Shown: positions 52,620-62,463 of the stretch, piece after piece
Layout: each line of letters opens with the position of its first letter
Numbering within the stretch: the stretch's first letter is position 1
Assembly: GCA_965247095.1 (NCBI GenBank)
Contig: OZ251997.1
Location: 3,872,001 to 3,936,000, forward strand
Length of the DNA: 64,000 bases
Source: Candidatus Multivorans sp.
Lineage (GTDB): Bacteria > Acidobacteriota > Thermoanaerobaculia > Multivoradales > Multivoraceae
Direction: 5' to 3'
The notes under the pieces: model-generated
The model's input: the letters and a program-made list of their open reading frames with translations, nothing else
Database searches by the model: none
What the model was told of the DNA's origin: nothing
Position numbers and translations under genes: made by a program

Positions 52620-54953
52620 GTGATCCGCTCGGACGATGGCGTTCGGCGGTTCGGTCTGGGCGGGCTACCGGCGGGCAAGAGCGTCGAACTGATCGGCCTC
52701 CTCCTGCTCGCCTTGGGCGCGTTGCTGCTGCTCAGCCTGCTGAGCTACCAGCCGAGCGACCCCAGTTTCATGCGGAGCGGCGCGAACTCCGGTGGGACCG
52801 AGAACCTGATCGGTCCGGTCGGCGCCCAGGTTGCGGCTGCCGGCTACGGGCTTTTGGGGCTTGCGGTCGTGGTGGTGGCATTGGCGGTTCTCGGCCTGGG
52901 CTACCGGCTCGTGCGTGCGCGCGGCAGCTTTCCCTCGTTGCTGCAGGGCGCCGGCGTTGCCATCGCGCTGATCGCCTTGCCGAGTCTGATCGATCTCGCT
53001 GTCGGGGAGGTGCAGATCCGCGGCGAGCCCCTGGTTGCCGGCGGTCTCGTGGGGTCAACGATTTCCGGTGGCATTCAAAGCCAACTGGGAACCATCGGCG
53101 CCGCGGTGATCGCACTGTTCGGGCTCGTGTTCGGCGTCGCGTTGACCATGCGAGGCAGCCTCGATGAGTGGCTGGTCGGGGTTCTGGGCCGGCTGAAGGG
53201 ACTGGTCGTTCTCCTTACGGGGAAACTGAGGCGCGGGCCGAAGACTGCCAGGGCGAAGAAAGCCGGCGGACGTGCGAAAACAGCCACCGCCACGCCTGTC
53301 GCCGACTCGCCGCATCAAGAGCTCAGGCTCCGCAAGGCGCTTCCGGAGCCAGCACGGTCGGAGGAGTCGGCTCCTGGGGTGGCGGCGCCGCAGGTGCATC
53401 CGCCTGCATCCTTGGCGGCCAAGCCGAGCAACGGCACGGGCGCACAGACCGCCGATAGCCCCGAGCTGCCGCCGATCGATCTGCTGTACTGCGAGGAAGT
53501 CGACTCGGAAGTCAACGAGGATGAAGTCCGCGAGCTCGGCGAGCTGATCTGTGCCCGCTGTGCGGAGTTCGGTGTCGAGGGGACGATCGAGGGGATCAGC
53601 CCCGGCCCGGTGATCACCGTCTTCGAGTTCCAGCCGGCGCCGGGGATCAAGGTCGCCCAGATCATCAATCTTCAGGACGACCTGGCGCTCTCGTTGAAGG
53701 CGGAAGCGATCCGGATCGATCGCATGCAAGGCCGCTCCACGCTTGGCATCGAAGTGCCGAATGCGCGGCGAACGGTCATCCCGCTGGGTCGCCTGCTGGA
53801 TGCCCCCGAGTTCCGGGCGAACAAGTCGCCCCTGACCATGGCGTTGGGGCGGACCCTGCGCGGCGAGCCGTTCTACGCCGATCTGACGAAGATGCCGCAC
53901 CTGCTGGTTGCGGGCGCCACCGGCGCCGGCAAGAGCGTCGGTCTGCAGGGGATGCTGACTTCGATTCTGTACAAGGCGCGAAGCGATCAGGTCCAGTTCA
54001 TCCTGATCGACCCGAAGCGGATCGAACTGGGGGTCTATGCGGACATTCCGCACCTCAAGACCGCAGTCGTGGTGGAGCCGAAGCAGGCTGCCAACGCTCT
54101 CCGCTGGGCGGTGGTGGAGATGGAGCGTCGCTACCGGCTGCTGGCGGAGGTGCATGTCCGATCCATCGCCTTCTACAACCAGGCGATCGCGGATCCGGAG
54201 GTGGCCCGGCGCCTGCGGCTTCGGGACGAAGAGGCGGACGAAGGGGTGGGGCCGCGCGACTTCGAGCCTCTCCCGTTCTACGTGATCGTGATCGACGAGC
54301 TGGCCGACCTGATGATGGTGGCGTCGTCCGAGGTCGAGACCTCGATCGCCCGGCTCGCGCAAATGGCCCGGGCCGTCGGCATCCATCTGATCGTCGCCAC
54401 CCAGCGCCCGTCGGTCGACGTGCTGACCGGCACGATCAAGGCGAACTTCCCGTGCCGGATGTCGTACGCGGCCGCCACGCGGCACGACTCGCGCACGATC
54501 CTCGATCAGGTCGGAGCGGAGAAGCTGCTGGGCAAGGGCGACATGCTGTTCATGCCGCCCGGCAGCGGCCGCACGATCCGTCTGCACGGCGCCTACGTCA
54601 CCGAGCAGGAGACGGCCGCGCTGGTTCGCTGGCTCAAGCGCCAGGGCCAGCCCAATCTGGATCCGGCGGTGCTGGAACCGCCGCCGGAAGATCCCGCTGC
54701 TGCCGGAGGTGAGCACGGAGGCGGAGACGCGCTCTACGACGAGGCCACGCGGCTGGTGGTCTCGGAACGGATGGGATCGGCGAGTTTCCTTCAGCGTCGC
54801 ATGAGGGTCGGCTTTTCGCGTGCCTCCCGCCTGGTCGACCTCATGGAGCAGGACGGAATCCTGGGGCCGGCGCAGGGCAGCAAGCCGCGCGAGGTCCTGG
54901 TGCCGCCGGACTTCTTCGAAGAGATCGAGCAGTCGCAGATCGCTTTCGAGTAG
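52620..54953 (+). CDS. ftsK: DNA translocase FtsK
   Basis: N-terminal TMs, PHLLVAGATGAGKS, IDELADLM, ATQRPSVD, gamma domain LQRRMRVGFSRA; start inferred. Confidence 0.95.
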   Translation: MIRSDDGVRRFGLGGLPAGKSVELIGLLLLALGALLLLSLLSYQPSDPSFMRSGANSGGTENLIGPVGAQVAAAGYGLLGLAVVVVALAVLGLGYRLVRARGSFPSLLQGAGVAIALIALPSLIDLAVGEVQIRGEPLVAGGLVGSTISGGIQSQLGTIGAAVIALFGLVFGVALTMRGSLDEWLVGVLGRLKGLVVLLTGKLRRGPKTARAKKAGGRAKTATATPVADSPHQELRLRKALPEPARSEESAPGVAAPQVHPPASLAAKPSNGTGAQTADSPELPPIDLLYCEEVDSEVNEDEVRELGELICARCAEFGVEGTIEGISPGPVITVFEFQPAPGIKVAQIINLQDDLALSLKAEAIRIDRMQGRSTLGIEVPNARRTVIPLGRLLDAPEFRANKSPLTMALGRTLRGEPFYADLTKMPHLLVAGATGAGKSVGLQGMLTSILYKARSDQVQFILIDPKRIELGVYADIPHLKTAVVVEPKQAANALRWAVVEMERRYRLLAEVHVRSIAFYNQAIADPEVARRLRLRDEEADEGVGPRDFEPLPFYVIVIDELADLMMVASSEVETSIARLAQMARAVGIHLIVATQRPSVDVLTGTIKANFPCRMSYAAATRHDSRTILDQVGAEKLLGKGDMLFMPPGSGRTIRLHGAYVTEQETAALVRWLKRQGQPNLDPAVLEPPPEDPAAAGGEHGGGDALYDEATRLVVSERMGSASFLQRRMRVGFSRASRLVDLMEQDGILGPAQGSKPREVLVPPDFFEEIEQSQIAFE

Positions 54954-55015
54954 CGGCGCTGTCCGCCGGGAACGGGGGCGCCCTGGCCGGCGAGTCGCGT
55001 AGTCTCCCGGGCATT

Positions 55016-56014
55016 GTGTCCGCGCAGCGAAGACTCAACCGCATCGCTTTCTTCGGCACGCCCGAGTTCGCGGTCCCGGCGCTGGGCGCCCTGGAGGCGG
55101 CTGGCCGCCGGCCGCTCCTCGTCGTCAGCCAGCCGGCGCGCCGGGCGGGTCGGGGCGGCCGTCTGGCCCAGCCGCCCGTGGCCCGCTGGGCTCTCGACCG
55201 GGGCGTCGACCTGCTGCAGCCGACGGGCGTGCGCGGCGCCGACTTCCTCGGCAGGCTGCGTGCCCTGGAGCTGGACCTCGCCGTGGTTGCGGCGTACGGT
55301 CGCATCTTCCCGCGCGCCCTGCTCGAACTGCCGGCGGGCGGTTGTGTGAACATTCATGCGTCGCTACTGCCGGCCTATCGTGGTGCTTCACCGATTCAGG
55401 CTGCGATAGCGGCCGGAGAGCGGAAGACCGGTGTGACGACGATGGTCATGGAGGAAGGCCTGGACAGCGGACCGATCCTGCTTCAGGAAGAGGCGCCGAT
55501 CGGCGTGGACGAGACCGCCGGCGAGTTGTCGCCGCGGCTGGCCGCGATCGGCGCCCGACTTCTCGTCCGCACGCTCGAGGCGTTGGAATCCAGAGCCGTC
55601 GAGCCGCAGCCGCAGTGCGACGCGGCGGCGACCTATGCCCCGATGCTGCGTTCAGAGGACGGCATCGTGGACTGGCGCCGGGAGTCGAGAGAGCTCGCCT
55701 GGCGGGTGCGCGCCTACGAGCCGTGGCCGGGGTCCCGGAGCTGGCTTCGCGGCGAGGCGGTACGGATCGTCGCGTCGCGGCCGCTGGCGTCGTGTGCCGG
55801 GGTCGATGGCCGGGCCGACCTGGATCGACCTGGCGCCTTCCTCGGCTGCCGGAGAGTCGAGGGAATCGGACGGGTGCCAGTGGTCCGGTGCGGCGGCTCG
55901 TCGGCGCTGGCGCTTTGCCGGGTGCAGCGGCCGGGCGGCCGGAAGATCAGTGGCCTCGATCTGGCGAACGGACTGCGTCTCGTTGTGGGCGAGCGCTTCG
56001 GAACGGCGGAGTGA
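55016..56014 (+). CDS. fmt: Methionyl-tRNA formyltransferase
   Basis: FFGTPEFA, NIHASLLPAYRGASPIQ, GLDSG. Confidence 0.96.
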   Translation: MSAQRRLNRIAFFGTPEFAVPALGALEAAGRRPLLVVSQPARRAGRGGRLAQPPVARWALDRGVDLLQPTGVRGADFLGRLRALELDLAVVAAYGRIFPRALLELPAGGCVNIHASLLPAYRGASPIQAAIAAGERKTGVTTMVMEEGLDSGPILLQEEAPIGVDETAGELSPRLAAIGARLLVRTLEALESRAVEPQPQCDAAATYAPMLRSEDGIVDWRRESRELAWRVRAYEPWPGSRSWLRGEAVRIVASRPLASCAGVDGRADLDRPGAFLGCRRVEGIGRVPVVRCGGSSALALCRVQRPGGRKISGLDLANGLRLVVGERFGTAE

Positions 56015-57411
56015 CTCGTCGGCGGGCCATCCGGAATCTGGAGTCCCGCGGCGGTTGGCGCCGGCGGGACACGGCGATGACGGCACACGCCAAGGTCCGG
56101 GAATCGGCGGCCTTCGTGTTCGAGCGGACTCTGGATTCGAAGGCGCCCGTGTCGATGTTCCTCGACGGCGCGCTCGAGCGCTGCGACCCGCGCGACCACG
56201 GGTTGCTGCGGGAACTCGTGCTCGGGACGCTGCGTTGGCTGCGTTTCATCGACCATGTCCTGGTCGCCGCGTCGCAGCGGCCGCTGGACCGAATTCAGCG
56301 CGCCCTGCTGGCGCCGCTCCGCATCGGCGCCTACCAGCTCTTCTTTCTCGACCGCGTACCGGCCCACGCGGCGGTCAACGAGGCAGTCGAGCTGGCCGGG
56401 AGCCGCACCCACGCGGGCGGCGCCAGCTTTGTCAATGGCGTGCTTCGACGGATTGCCCGATCACCGCGCCGCGACGACTGGCTGGCCGATTCCGCCGACC
56501 GGACGACGCGATTGGGAATCCGCTACTCCCACCCGGACCTGCTGGTCGAGCGTTGGCTGAGCACCTACGGCGAGGAGCGAACGATCGCCCTGCTTGGCGC
56601 AAACAACCGTCCCAAGCCGTTGCACCTGCTGGCATTCCGTGATCGAGGCGGCCGCGCCCCGCTGGCGGAGCAGTTGATCGACGATGATGTCGGAGTCGAG
56701 CCGTCGGTCCTGGCGCCGCACTGTGTGACGGTCCGGTGGGGGAATCCGTTGACTTCGGACGCCTACCGGCAGGGCGGCTTCTACGTGCAGGACGAGGCAA
56801 GTCAGTTGGCGGCGATCGTGCCGCCGCCCGAGCCCGGCGAGAGCGTGCTGGACGTGGCCGCGGCCCCCGGGGGCAAGACGTTCGCGCTGCTGGCCGAGCA
56901 GCCGGACATTCGCAGCATTGCCGCTGACCAGTCCCTGCGGCGCCTGGTCACCATGAGCCGGAATGCCGCACGCCTCCAGCTTCGGCCCCGCCTTCTGGCT
57001 GCGGACGGCGTTGCCCTTCCCTTCGGGCCCGTCTTCGACCGGGTCGTCGTCGATCTGCCGTGCAGCGGAACCGGCACGTTGCGCAAACATCCCGAACTGA
57101 AGTGGCGGATCAGCGCCGGTGAGATCGAGCGGCTCTCGGCGGAGGGTCTGGCCATGGTTCGGGGCGCGTCCGAATGCGTTCGACCAGGGGGTCTGCTCGT
57201 GGTCATCACCTGTTCTATCGAGCCGGAGGAGAACGAAGCCGTGGCCGCGGCTTTCCTGGAATCCCGGACCGATTTTCGCCGGCGGGATCTTGCGGGCGAT
57301 CTTCGCCGGCCCGAGTTGGAGCACGTCGCAGGGCTCGGCGTGTGGCGTCTCCTGCCGGCCGACGATCATGACGGCTTCACGGTGCAGGTGCTCGAGCGGA
57401 CCTCCGACTGA
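56011..57411 (+). CDS. rsmB: 16S rRNA m5C967 methyltransferase RsmB/Sun
   Basis: NusB-like N-terminus (AAVNEAVEL, FVNGVLR), QDEAS, AAPGGKT, PCSGTG, TCS; start 56011 or 56077. Confidence 0.93.
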   Translation: MTRRRAIRNLESRGGWRRRDTAMTAHAKVRESAAFVFERTLDSKAPVSMFLDGALERCDPRDHGLLRELVLGTLRWLRFIDHVLVAASQRPLDRIQRALLAPLRIGAYQLFFLDRVPAHAAVNEAVELAGSRTHAGGASFVNGVLRRIARSPRRDDWLADSADRTTRLGIRYSHPDLLVERWLSTYGEERTIALLGANNRPKPLHLLAFRDRGGRAPLAEQLIDDDVGVEPSVLAPHCVTVRWGNPLTSDAYRQGGFYVQDEASQLAAIVPPPEPGESVLDVAAAPGGKTFALLAEQPDIRSIAADQSLRRLVTMSRNAARLQLRPRLLAADGVALPFGPVFDRVVVDLPCSGTGTLRKHPELKWRISAGEIERLSAEGLAMVRGASECVRPGGLLVVITCSIEPEENEAVAAAFLESRTDFRRRDLAGDLRRPELEHVAGLGVWRLLPADDHDGFTVQVLERTSD

Positions 57412-57511
57412 AGCCGACTTTCCGGGTTGTCTTGGAGCTCTGACCCGATCCGGCAGGCGGCGTCCTGTTTCGCGCGGTGAGACGCAACGCAGCCGTAAGT
57501 CCAAGTCGGCG

Positions 57512-57541
57512 TTGACAAAGAGGGTCGTTCTAGCTTAGATT
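57512..57541 (+). promoter_or_regulatory. Putative sigma70 promoter for HU gene
   Basis: TTGACA-18 bp-TAGATT in an AT-richer intergenic tract. Confidence 0.5.
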
Positions 57542-57716
57542 TACTGGGTGTTCTGGAGTTGGTCAAGAAAACTCCCGAGCATACCGGAAGACGAGTCCGA
57601 ATGCCAGATGCCAAGTGCCTGCCGATTCACGCACCGTGCCGCCGGCTTGAGCACTTGACGACGGTTGACGGCCCGATCCACACAGTTCACAACAGAGACT
57701 CTAAGGAGCACACTAG

Positions 57717-57992
57717 ATGGCCGGAAAGGCAGACATCGTAGAAGCCGTAGCCGATGGCGCGGGTCTAAGCAAGAAGCAGGCGGCGGATGCCGTCCAGTCC
57801 CTGATCGACAGCATCTCCAGCCACCTGCAGGACGGTGATCGTGTGCAACTGCCCGGTCTGGGGAGTTTCTCGGTTTCGCACCGCGCCGGCCGCATGGGCC
57901 GCAACCCGAAGACCGGCGAGTCGATCCAGATTTCCGCGAGCAACGGCGTTCGTTTCAAGGTCAGCCGTCCGCTCAAGGACGCCCTGAACTAA
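57717..57992 (+). CDS. hup: HU-family DNA-binding protein
   Basis: GLGSFSV..R.GRNPKTGESIQI, 91 aa, AAGGAG RBS. Confidence 0.93.
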   Translation: MAGKADIVEAVADGAGLSKKQAADAVQSLIDSISSHLQDGDRVQLPGLGSFSVSHRAGRMGRNPKTGESIQISASNGVRFKVSRPLKDALN

Positions 57993-58009
57993 GCACTTGT
58001 ATTCGCCTT

Positions 58010-58183
58010 GGCGGCCAACTGGCCGCCGAGGCGAAAGACAAGTGCGTGACCCCGTGCGGCCGTGGCCGCACGGGCACTATGGGTGCCAGCGCACCAGGCG
58101 GCCAACTGGCCGCCGAGGCGAAAGACAAGTGCGTGACCCCGTGCGGCCGTGGCCGCACGGGCACTATGGGCGTCAGCGCACCA
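58010..58183. repeat. 87-bp tandem duplication x2 containing two GC-rich hairpins
   Basis: 58010-58096 nearly identical to 58097-58183; hairpins GGCGGCCA-AC-TGGCCGCC and CCCGTGCGGCC-GT-GGCCGCACGGG. Confidence 0.92.
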
Positions 58184-58856
58184 GGGCGTAGAGGCTCGCG
58201 AGACGCGCGGGCTTGACGCCGGCTGCGAAGAGCAGCCAGATCAGCCAGTTCGTCGCCACCGTCCGAACGACCCCGCGTTCGATGAATCGGCGTGACGAAG
58301 TGGTAGCGCGTTGGGAGACGATCGAGATCGTTCCTCGCCGGCGGAGGCGCCGGATGAAGTCCAGGTCTTCGAGGATCGGAAGGTCGGCGAAGCCGCCGCA
58401 GTCGGCGTAGGCCGCCGCGGTGGCGAATTGCGCCTGGTCGCCGAGCGGCATACGCAGCCGTTTCGTGCGGAGATCGACCAGGCTGCGGCCCAGGCGCAGG
58501 AGCGGCGGCGCCGCTTCGAAGTCGACCAGGAAACCGCCGCCGACGGCCTTGCTGCCGACCGCTTGCTCTATCGCGGGTCGAGCCGAGACGGGGAGGCGTG
58601 TGTCGGCGTGGAGGAACAGCAGCACTTCGGCGCCGGCGTCGAGCGCCAGGCCGGCGCCGGTGCGCAGTTGCAGACCCCGCCCCGGTCGCGGCGCGGTCGC
58701 CACCGTGGCGCCGGCTCGCCGCGCCAGTTCGACCGTGCGATCCCGGCTGCCTCCGTCGACGACGATCAGATCGTCGCAGTGGTCGCGGGCGGCGGCGATC
58801 GCCGCCTGCACCGTGCCCTCTTCCTCGAGCACCGGCATGACAATGGCGAGGCGCAT
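58173..58856 (-). CDS. GT2 glycosyltransferase (TIGR04283-like)
   Basis: IVVDGGS.D.T, LFLHADT, GDQAQF, PILED, TSSRR. Confidence 0.88.
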   Translation of the reverse strand: MRLAIVMPVLEEEGTVQAAIAAARDHCDDLIVVDGGSRDRTVELARRAGATVATAPRPGRGLQLRTGAGLALDAGAEVLLFLHADTRLPVSARPAIEQAVGSKAVGGGFLVDFEAAPPLLRLGRSLVDLRTKRLRMPLGDQAQFATAAAYADCGGFADLPILEDLDFIRRLRRRGTISIVSQRATTSSRRFIERGVVRTVATNWLIWLLFAAGVKPARLASLYALVR

Positions 58857-58865
58857 TCCGGGCTG

Positions 58866-58913
58866 TCAGGTTAGCGGGCGACCCTGGGGGCGCATGACGA
58901 TGGCGAGGCGCAT
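58866..58913 (-). repeat. Duplicate of glycosyltransferase 5' end forming a 15-aa uORF
   Basis: MRLAIVMRPQGRPLT* versus MRLAIVMPVLEE; GCATGACRATGGCGAGGCGCAT at 58835-58856 and 58892-58913. Confidence 0.8.
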
Positions 58914-58971
58914 CGTGCGGTAGGTTAGCCGCCTGTGCGGGTCGCCGGTTGTCGCGTCCCGAATCGCCGTC

Positions 58972-59448
58972 ATGGGCTCCGACTCGTCCTTCAGCCACCT
59001 CGACCGTCGCGGGCGCGCGGCCATGGTCGATGTCTCCTCCAAGGACGTGACCCGGCGTGTGGCCGAGGCCTCCTGCCGGGTGCTGCTGTCCGGCGATACC
59101 GTCGAGCGTCTGCAGACGCTGCCCAAGGGCGACGCCCTCACTGTGGCCCGGGTGGCCGGCGTGCAGGCCGCCAAGAGCACGGCAACCTGGGTGCCGCTGG
59201 CGCATCCGTTGCCCCTGGACCAGGTGGAGGTCGAGATCGAACCAGCCGAGGGCGGAGTGAAGATCCGAAGCCGCGTGGTGGTCACCGCCCGCACCGGCGC
59301 CGAGATGGAGGCGCTGACCGCGTGCGCGGCGGCATCGCTCGCGCTCTACGACATGGTCAAGTCGGTCGAACGCGGCGCCGTGATCACCGATCTGCTGCTG
59401 GAGGCAAAGAGCGGCGGTCGAAGCGGCGAGTACCGCCGCGACCGCTAG
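58972..59448 (+). CDS. moaC: Cyclic pyranopterin monophosphate synthase
   Basis: SHLD..G.A.MVDVS.K, KGD, TGAEMEALT, LYDMVK, KSGG.SG. Confidence 0.95.
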   Translation: MGSDSSFSHLDRRGRAAMVDVSSKDVTRRVAEASCRVLLSGDTVERLQTLPKGDALTVARVAGVQAAKSTATWVPLAHPLPLDQVEVEIEPAEGGVKIRSRVVVTARTGAEMEALTACAAASLALYDMVKSVERGAVITDLLLEAKSGGRSGEYRRDR

Positions 59449-59511
59449 GTGTCCTGTCTCGGGCTTGCCTTGCCGTATCTAGCTGGGTCGCGGAGAGGAC
59501 ACTAGCGGACT

Positions 59512-60696
59512 GTGGCGATCCGTTCCGGTCTTGACCGACTGCTCGACGACGCCAAACGTCTGAAGGGCCGTCGCTACGCGCTTCTGTGCCACCAGGCGTC
59601 GCTGAGTCGCGACGGCGTCCACGCACATTTGGCTTTGGCAGCGGCGCAGCCGGCGGCGGCTCTGTTGGGACCGGAGCACGGCTTCTACGGCGTCGAGCAG
59701 GACATGGTCACCTCGCGCGACGAGAGGGATCCGTGGACGGGCTCGCCGGTGATCTCCCTCTACGGTGACGATGCCTCCAGCCTGTGCCCCCAGCCGGGCG
59801 TCTTCGATGGCTGCGACCTGCTGGTGATCGATCTCCAGGATGTGGGCGCGCGGTACTACACCTTCGCCGCCACCGCGGTGTGGGCGGCCGAGGCCGCGCT
59901 CGCCGCGGGCTGTGAGGTCTGGATCCTCGACCGGCCGAACCCCCTGGGCGGCCGGGAGGTGGAGGGCAACCTGCTGGACCTCGACTTCGCCTCCTTCGTG
60001 GGCGCCTTTCGCGTGCCGCAGCGCCACGGGTTGACGCTGGCGGAGATCGTCCTGCTGGAGGCGCGCCGCCGCGGCTGGGACACCGCTTCGCTCGCCGTCT
60101 TCGAGGTCGAGGGTTGGCGGCGCGAGCAGACCTGGCAGGACATGGGCTGGCCGTGGACGGCCCCATCGCCGAACATGCCGACGCCGGACACCGCCGCCAT
60201 CTACCCGGGCCTGTGCCTGTTCGAAGCGACCACCGTGTCCGAGGGTCGCGGCACGACGCGCCCGTTCCAGCTTCTGGGGATGCCCGGCGCCGACGCGCCC
60301 GTACTCGCCGCCCGCTGCCTGGCACGCCTTGGCGCCGCCGGACTGACCGGTGTCTCGGTCGTCCCCGCCATGTTCAGGCCCCAGTTTCAGAAGCACGCGG
60401 GGGCAGTCTGTGCCGGCGTGGAACTCCGGGTTTTGGACGCCGGGGCCCTCCAGCCGGTACGCCTCGGGTTCGAGCTGCTGCTTGCCTTTCGCGATGTCCT
60501 GGGGCCGGCCTTCGACTGGCGCGCCGAGCCCTACGAGTTCGTGTCGGACACGCCGGCGGTCGACCTGCTCGCCGGTACCGATCGCTTCCGGCTCGGCCTC
60601 GATTCGCCGGACGCGCTCGAACGCTGGTACGCGAGCTGGCGCGACGATGAGAACGAGTTTCGCGCCGAGCGCGAATCGGTCTTGCTGTACTCCTGA
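59512..60696 (+). CDS. DUF1343/NamZ-like exo-beta-N-acetylmuramidase family protein
   Basis: GPEHG, DLQDVGARYYT, LDRPNPLGG, PSPNMP, SEGRGTTRPF. Confidence 0.9.
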   Translation: MAIRSGLDRLLDDAKRLKGRRYALLCHQASLSRDGVHAHLALAAAQPAAALLGPEHGFYGVEQDMVTSRDERDPWTGSPVISLYGDDASSLCPQPGVFDGCDLLVIDLQDVGARYYTFAATAVWAAEAALAAGCEVWILDRPNPLGGREVEGNLLDLDFASFVGAFRVPQRHGLTLAEIVLLEARRRGWDTASLAVFEVEGWRREQTWQDMGWPWTAPSPNMPTPDTAAIYPGLCLFEATTVSEGRGTTRPFQLLGMPGADAPVLAARCLARLGAAGLTGVSVVPAMFRPQFQKHAGAVCAGVELRVLDAGALQPVRLGFELLLAFRDVLGPAFDWRAEPYEFVSDTPAVDLLAGTDRFRLGLDSPDALERWYASWRDDENEFRAERESVLLYS

Positions 60697-60788
60697 AGCA
60701 CTGCCACAATCCGCCGTGCCGGTCGCTTCAGGTCCGACCGTCTCTCAGCCCAGTCCAGCCGACCCGAGTTTGAACCGAGGTGCAGCCG

Positions 60789-62360
60789 ATGCCGCGGATC
60801 CTGATTGCCGATTCCCTGGCGCCGGCAGGCGTCGAGTTGCTGCGCGAGAGCGCGGAAGTGGACGAGCTTCGAGACGAGGATCGTCCACGGCTCGCCTCGT
60901 TGATCGCGAACTACGACGCGGTCATCGTGCGCAGCGGAACCCAGATCACCCGCGAGGTTCTGGAGGGCGGCGACCGTCTCAAGGTGGTGGGCCGTGCCGG
61001 GGTGGGCGTCGACAACATCGACATAGCAGCCGCTACGCAGCGCGGCGTGCTGGTGATCAACGCGCCGACCGCCAACTCGCTTTCGGCCACCGAGCACACA
61101 TTCGCCCTGCTGCTGGCGCTGGCGCGGCGGATTCCGTCGGCCGACGCGTCGCTCAAGGCGAAGCGCTGGGACCGCAAGAGCCACGTGGGCAGCGAGCTGC
61201 AGGGGAAGGCGCTCGGCGTGATCGGCTTCGGTCAGATCGGTCGGCGGGTGGCCACCCGGGCCCGGGCCTTCGAGATGGAAGTGCTCGCCTACGACCCCTT
61301 CCTGCAGGCGGAGGTTGCACGGCGACTCGATGTCGAGCCGGTGGCTCTGCGTGATCTGCTCGCCCGGTCCGACTTCATCACCTTCCACACGCCGCTTACG
61401 GATCAGACCAGGAACATGCTCGACGAATCGCGCATTGCCCTGATGAAGGACGGCGCGGCCGTGATCAACGTCGGGCGCGGCGGAGTGGTCGACGGCGAGG
61501 CGCTGCTCGCGGCGCTGGAGTCCGGCAAGCTCGCCGGCGCGGGTCTGGACGTGTTCCCGGAGGAACCGCCGACGGACTACCGGCTCGCTGCCCACCCGAA
61601 CGTGGTGGCGACGCCCCACATCGGCGCCCAGACGACCGAGGCGCAGGAGCGCATCGCCACCGAGACGGCCCGCATGGTGCTCGCCGCGCTTCGTGGCTCG
61701 CTCGCGGTGTCAGCGGTGAATCTGCCGTTCCGATCCTCGGGTTCTCGCGGCGAACCGTTCCTGCGGTTGGGCGAGCAACTCGGCCGGCTGGCCGCGGTTG
61801 CGCTCGGCGGCAGCCTGCAGCGTATCCAGGTGGACCTGTGGGGCATCGACGACGATTTGAGGAAATCGGCTGCGGTGGCCGCGCTCAAGGGCGCACTGAC
61901 GCCGTCGTGCGGTGAGGCGGTGAACTACGTGAATGCCGAGCGCACGGCTGCGGACCGCCGCATCGAACTCGTGCAGGCCACCCACAGCGACCAGGCCACG
62001 TACGCTCACCTGGTGCGGGTCGAGGCCAGGAACGCCGAAGGGGGCAGCATTCAGGTCGCCGGAACGGTCTACCGCCGGGGGGACCTGCGGGTCGTCTCGT
62101 TCGCGGGCTTCCGGTTGGAGTTCAAACCCCAGGGTCTTCTGCTCATCATCCGCAACGAAGATGTCCCCGGGTTCGTGGGCCGGCTCGGCACGCTACTCGG
62201 CGACGACGGCATCAACATCGCCGACATCCACCTGGCCCGTGAACCGGGCGCCCACGCCCTGGCCGTCCTGCGTCTCGACGAGACCCCGAACGAGGCGTGC
62301 ATGGCCGCCCTGCTGGCCCTGGACGAATCGATCTCGGTCGACCTCGTCGACCTCTCCTGA
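60789..62360 (+). CDS. serA: D-3-phosphoglycerate dehydrogenase (long type with ACT domain)
   Basis: GRAGVGVDNID, GFGQIG, TPHIGAQT.EAQ, C-terminal D.PG..G ACT domain. Confidence 0.95.
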   Translation: MPRILIADSLAPAGVELLRESAEVDELRDEDRPRLASLIANYDAVIVRSGTQITREVLEGGDRLKVVGRAGVGVDNIDIAAATQRGVLVINAPTANSLSATEHTFALLLALARRIPSADASLKAKRWDRKSHVGSELQGKALGVIGFGQIGRRVATRARAFEMEVLAYDPFLQAEVARRLDVEPVALRDLLARSDFITFHTPLTDQTRNMLDESRIALMKDGAAVINVGRGGVVDGEALLAALESGKLAGAGLDVFPEEPPTDYRLAAHPNVVATPHIGAQTTEAQERIATETARMVLAALRGSLAVSAVNLPFRSSGSRGEPFLRLGEQLGRLAAVALGGSLQRIQVDLWGIDDDLRKSAAVAALKGALTPSCGEAVNYVNAERTAADRRIELVQATHSDQATYAHLVRVEARNAEGGSIQVAGTVYRRGDLRVVSFAGFRLEFKPQGLLLIIRNEDVPGFVGRLGTLLGDDGINIADIHLAREPGAHALAVLRLDETPNEACMAALLALDESISVDLVDLS

Positions 62361-62463
62361 CCCGAGCCGAGCACACCCGCGGGTCGGACGCACCCCCCAT
62401 GCCCCTGGCGCCGGCTGGACGTCGTGCGCGACTGAACCGACGGCCGGGGTGGGTGCGCCGCGG

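Noticed and set aside
51141-54953. 1270-aa ORF suggesting a giant FtsK fusion
   Set aside because: The first ~490 codons are the antisense shadow of the transposase and IS end; FtsK-like sequence begins near 52620
58010-58183. Possible mini-CRISPR array
   Set aside because: Units are contiguous duplicates with no unique spacers; no cas genes in the window
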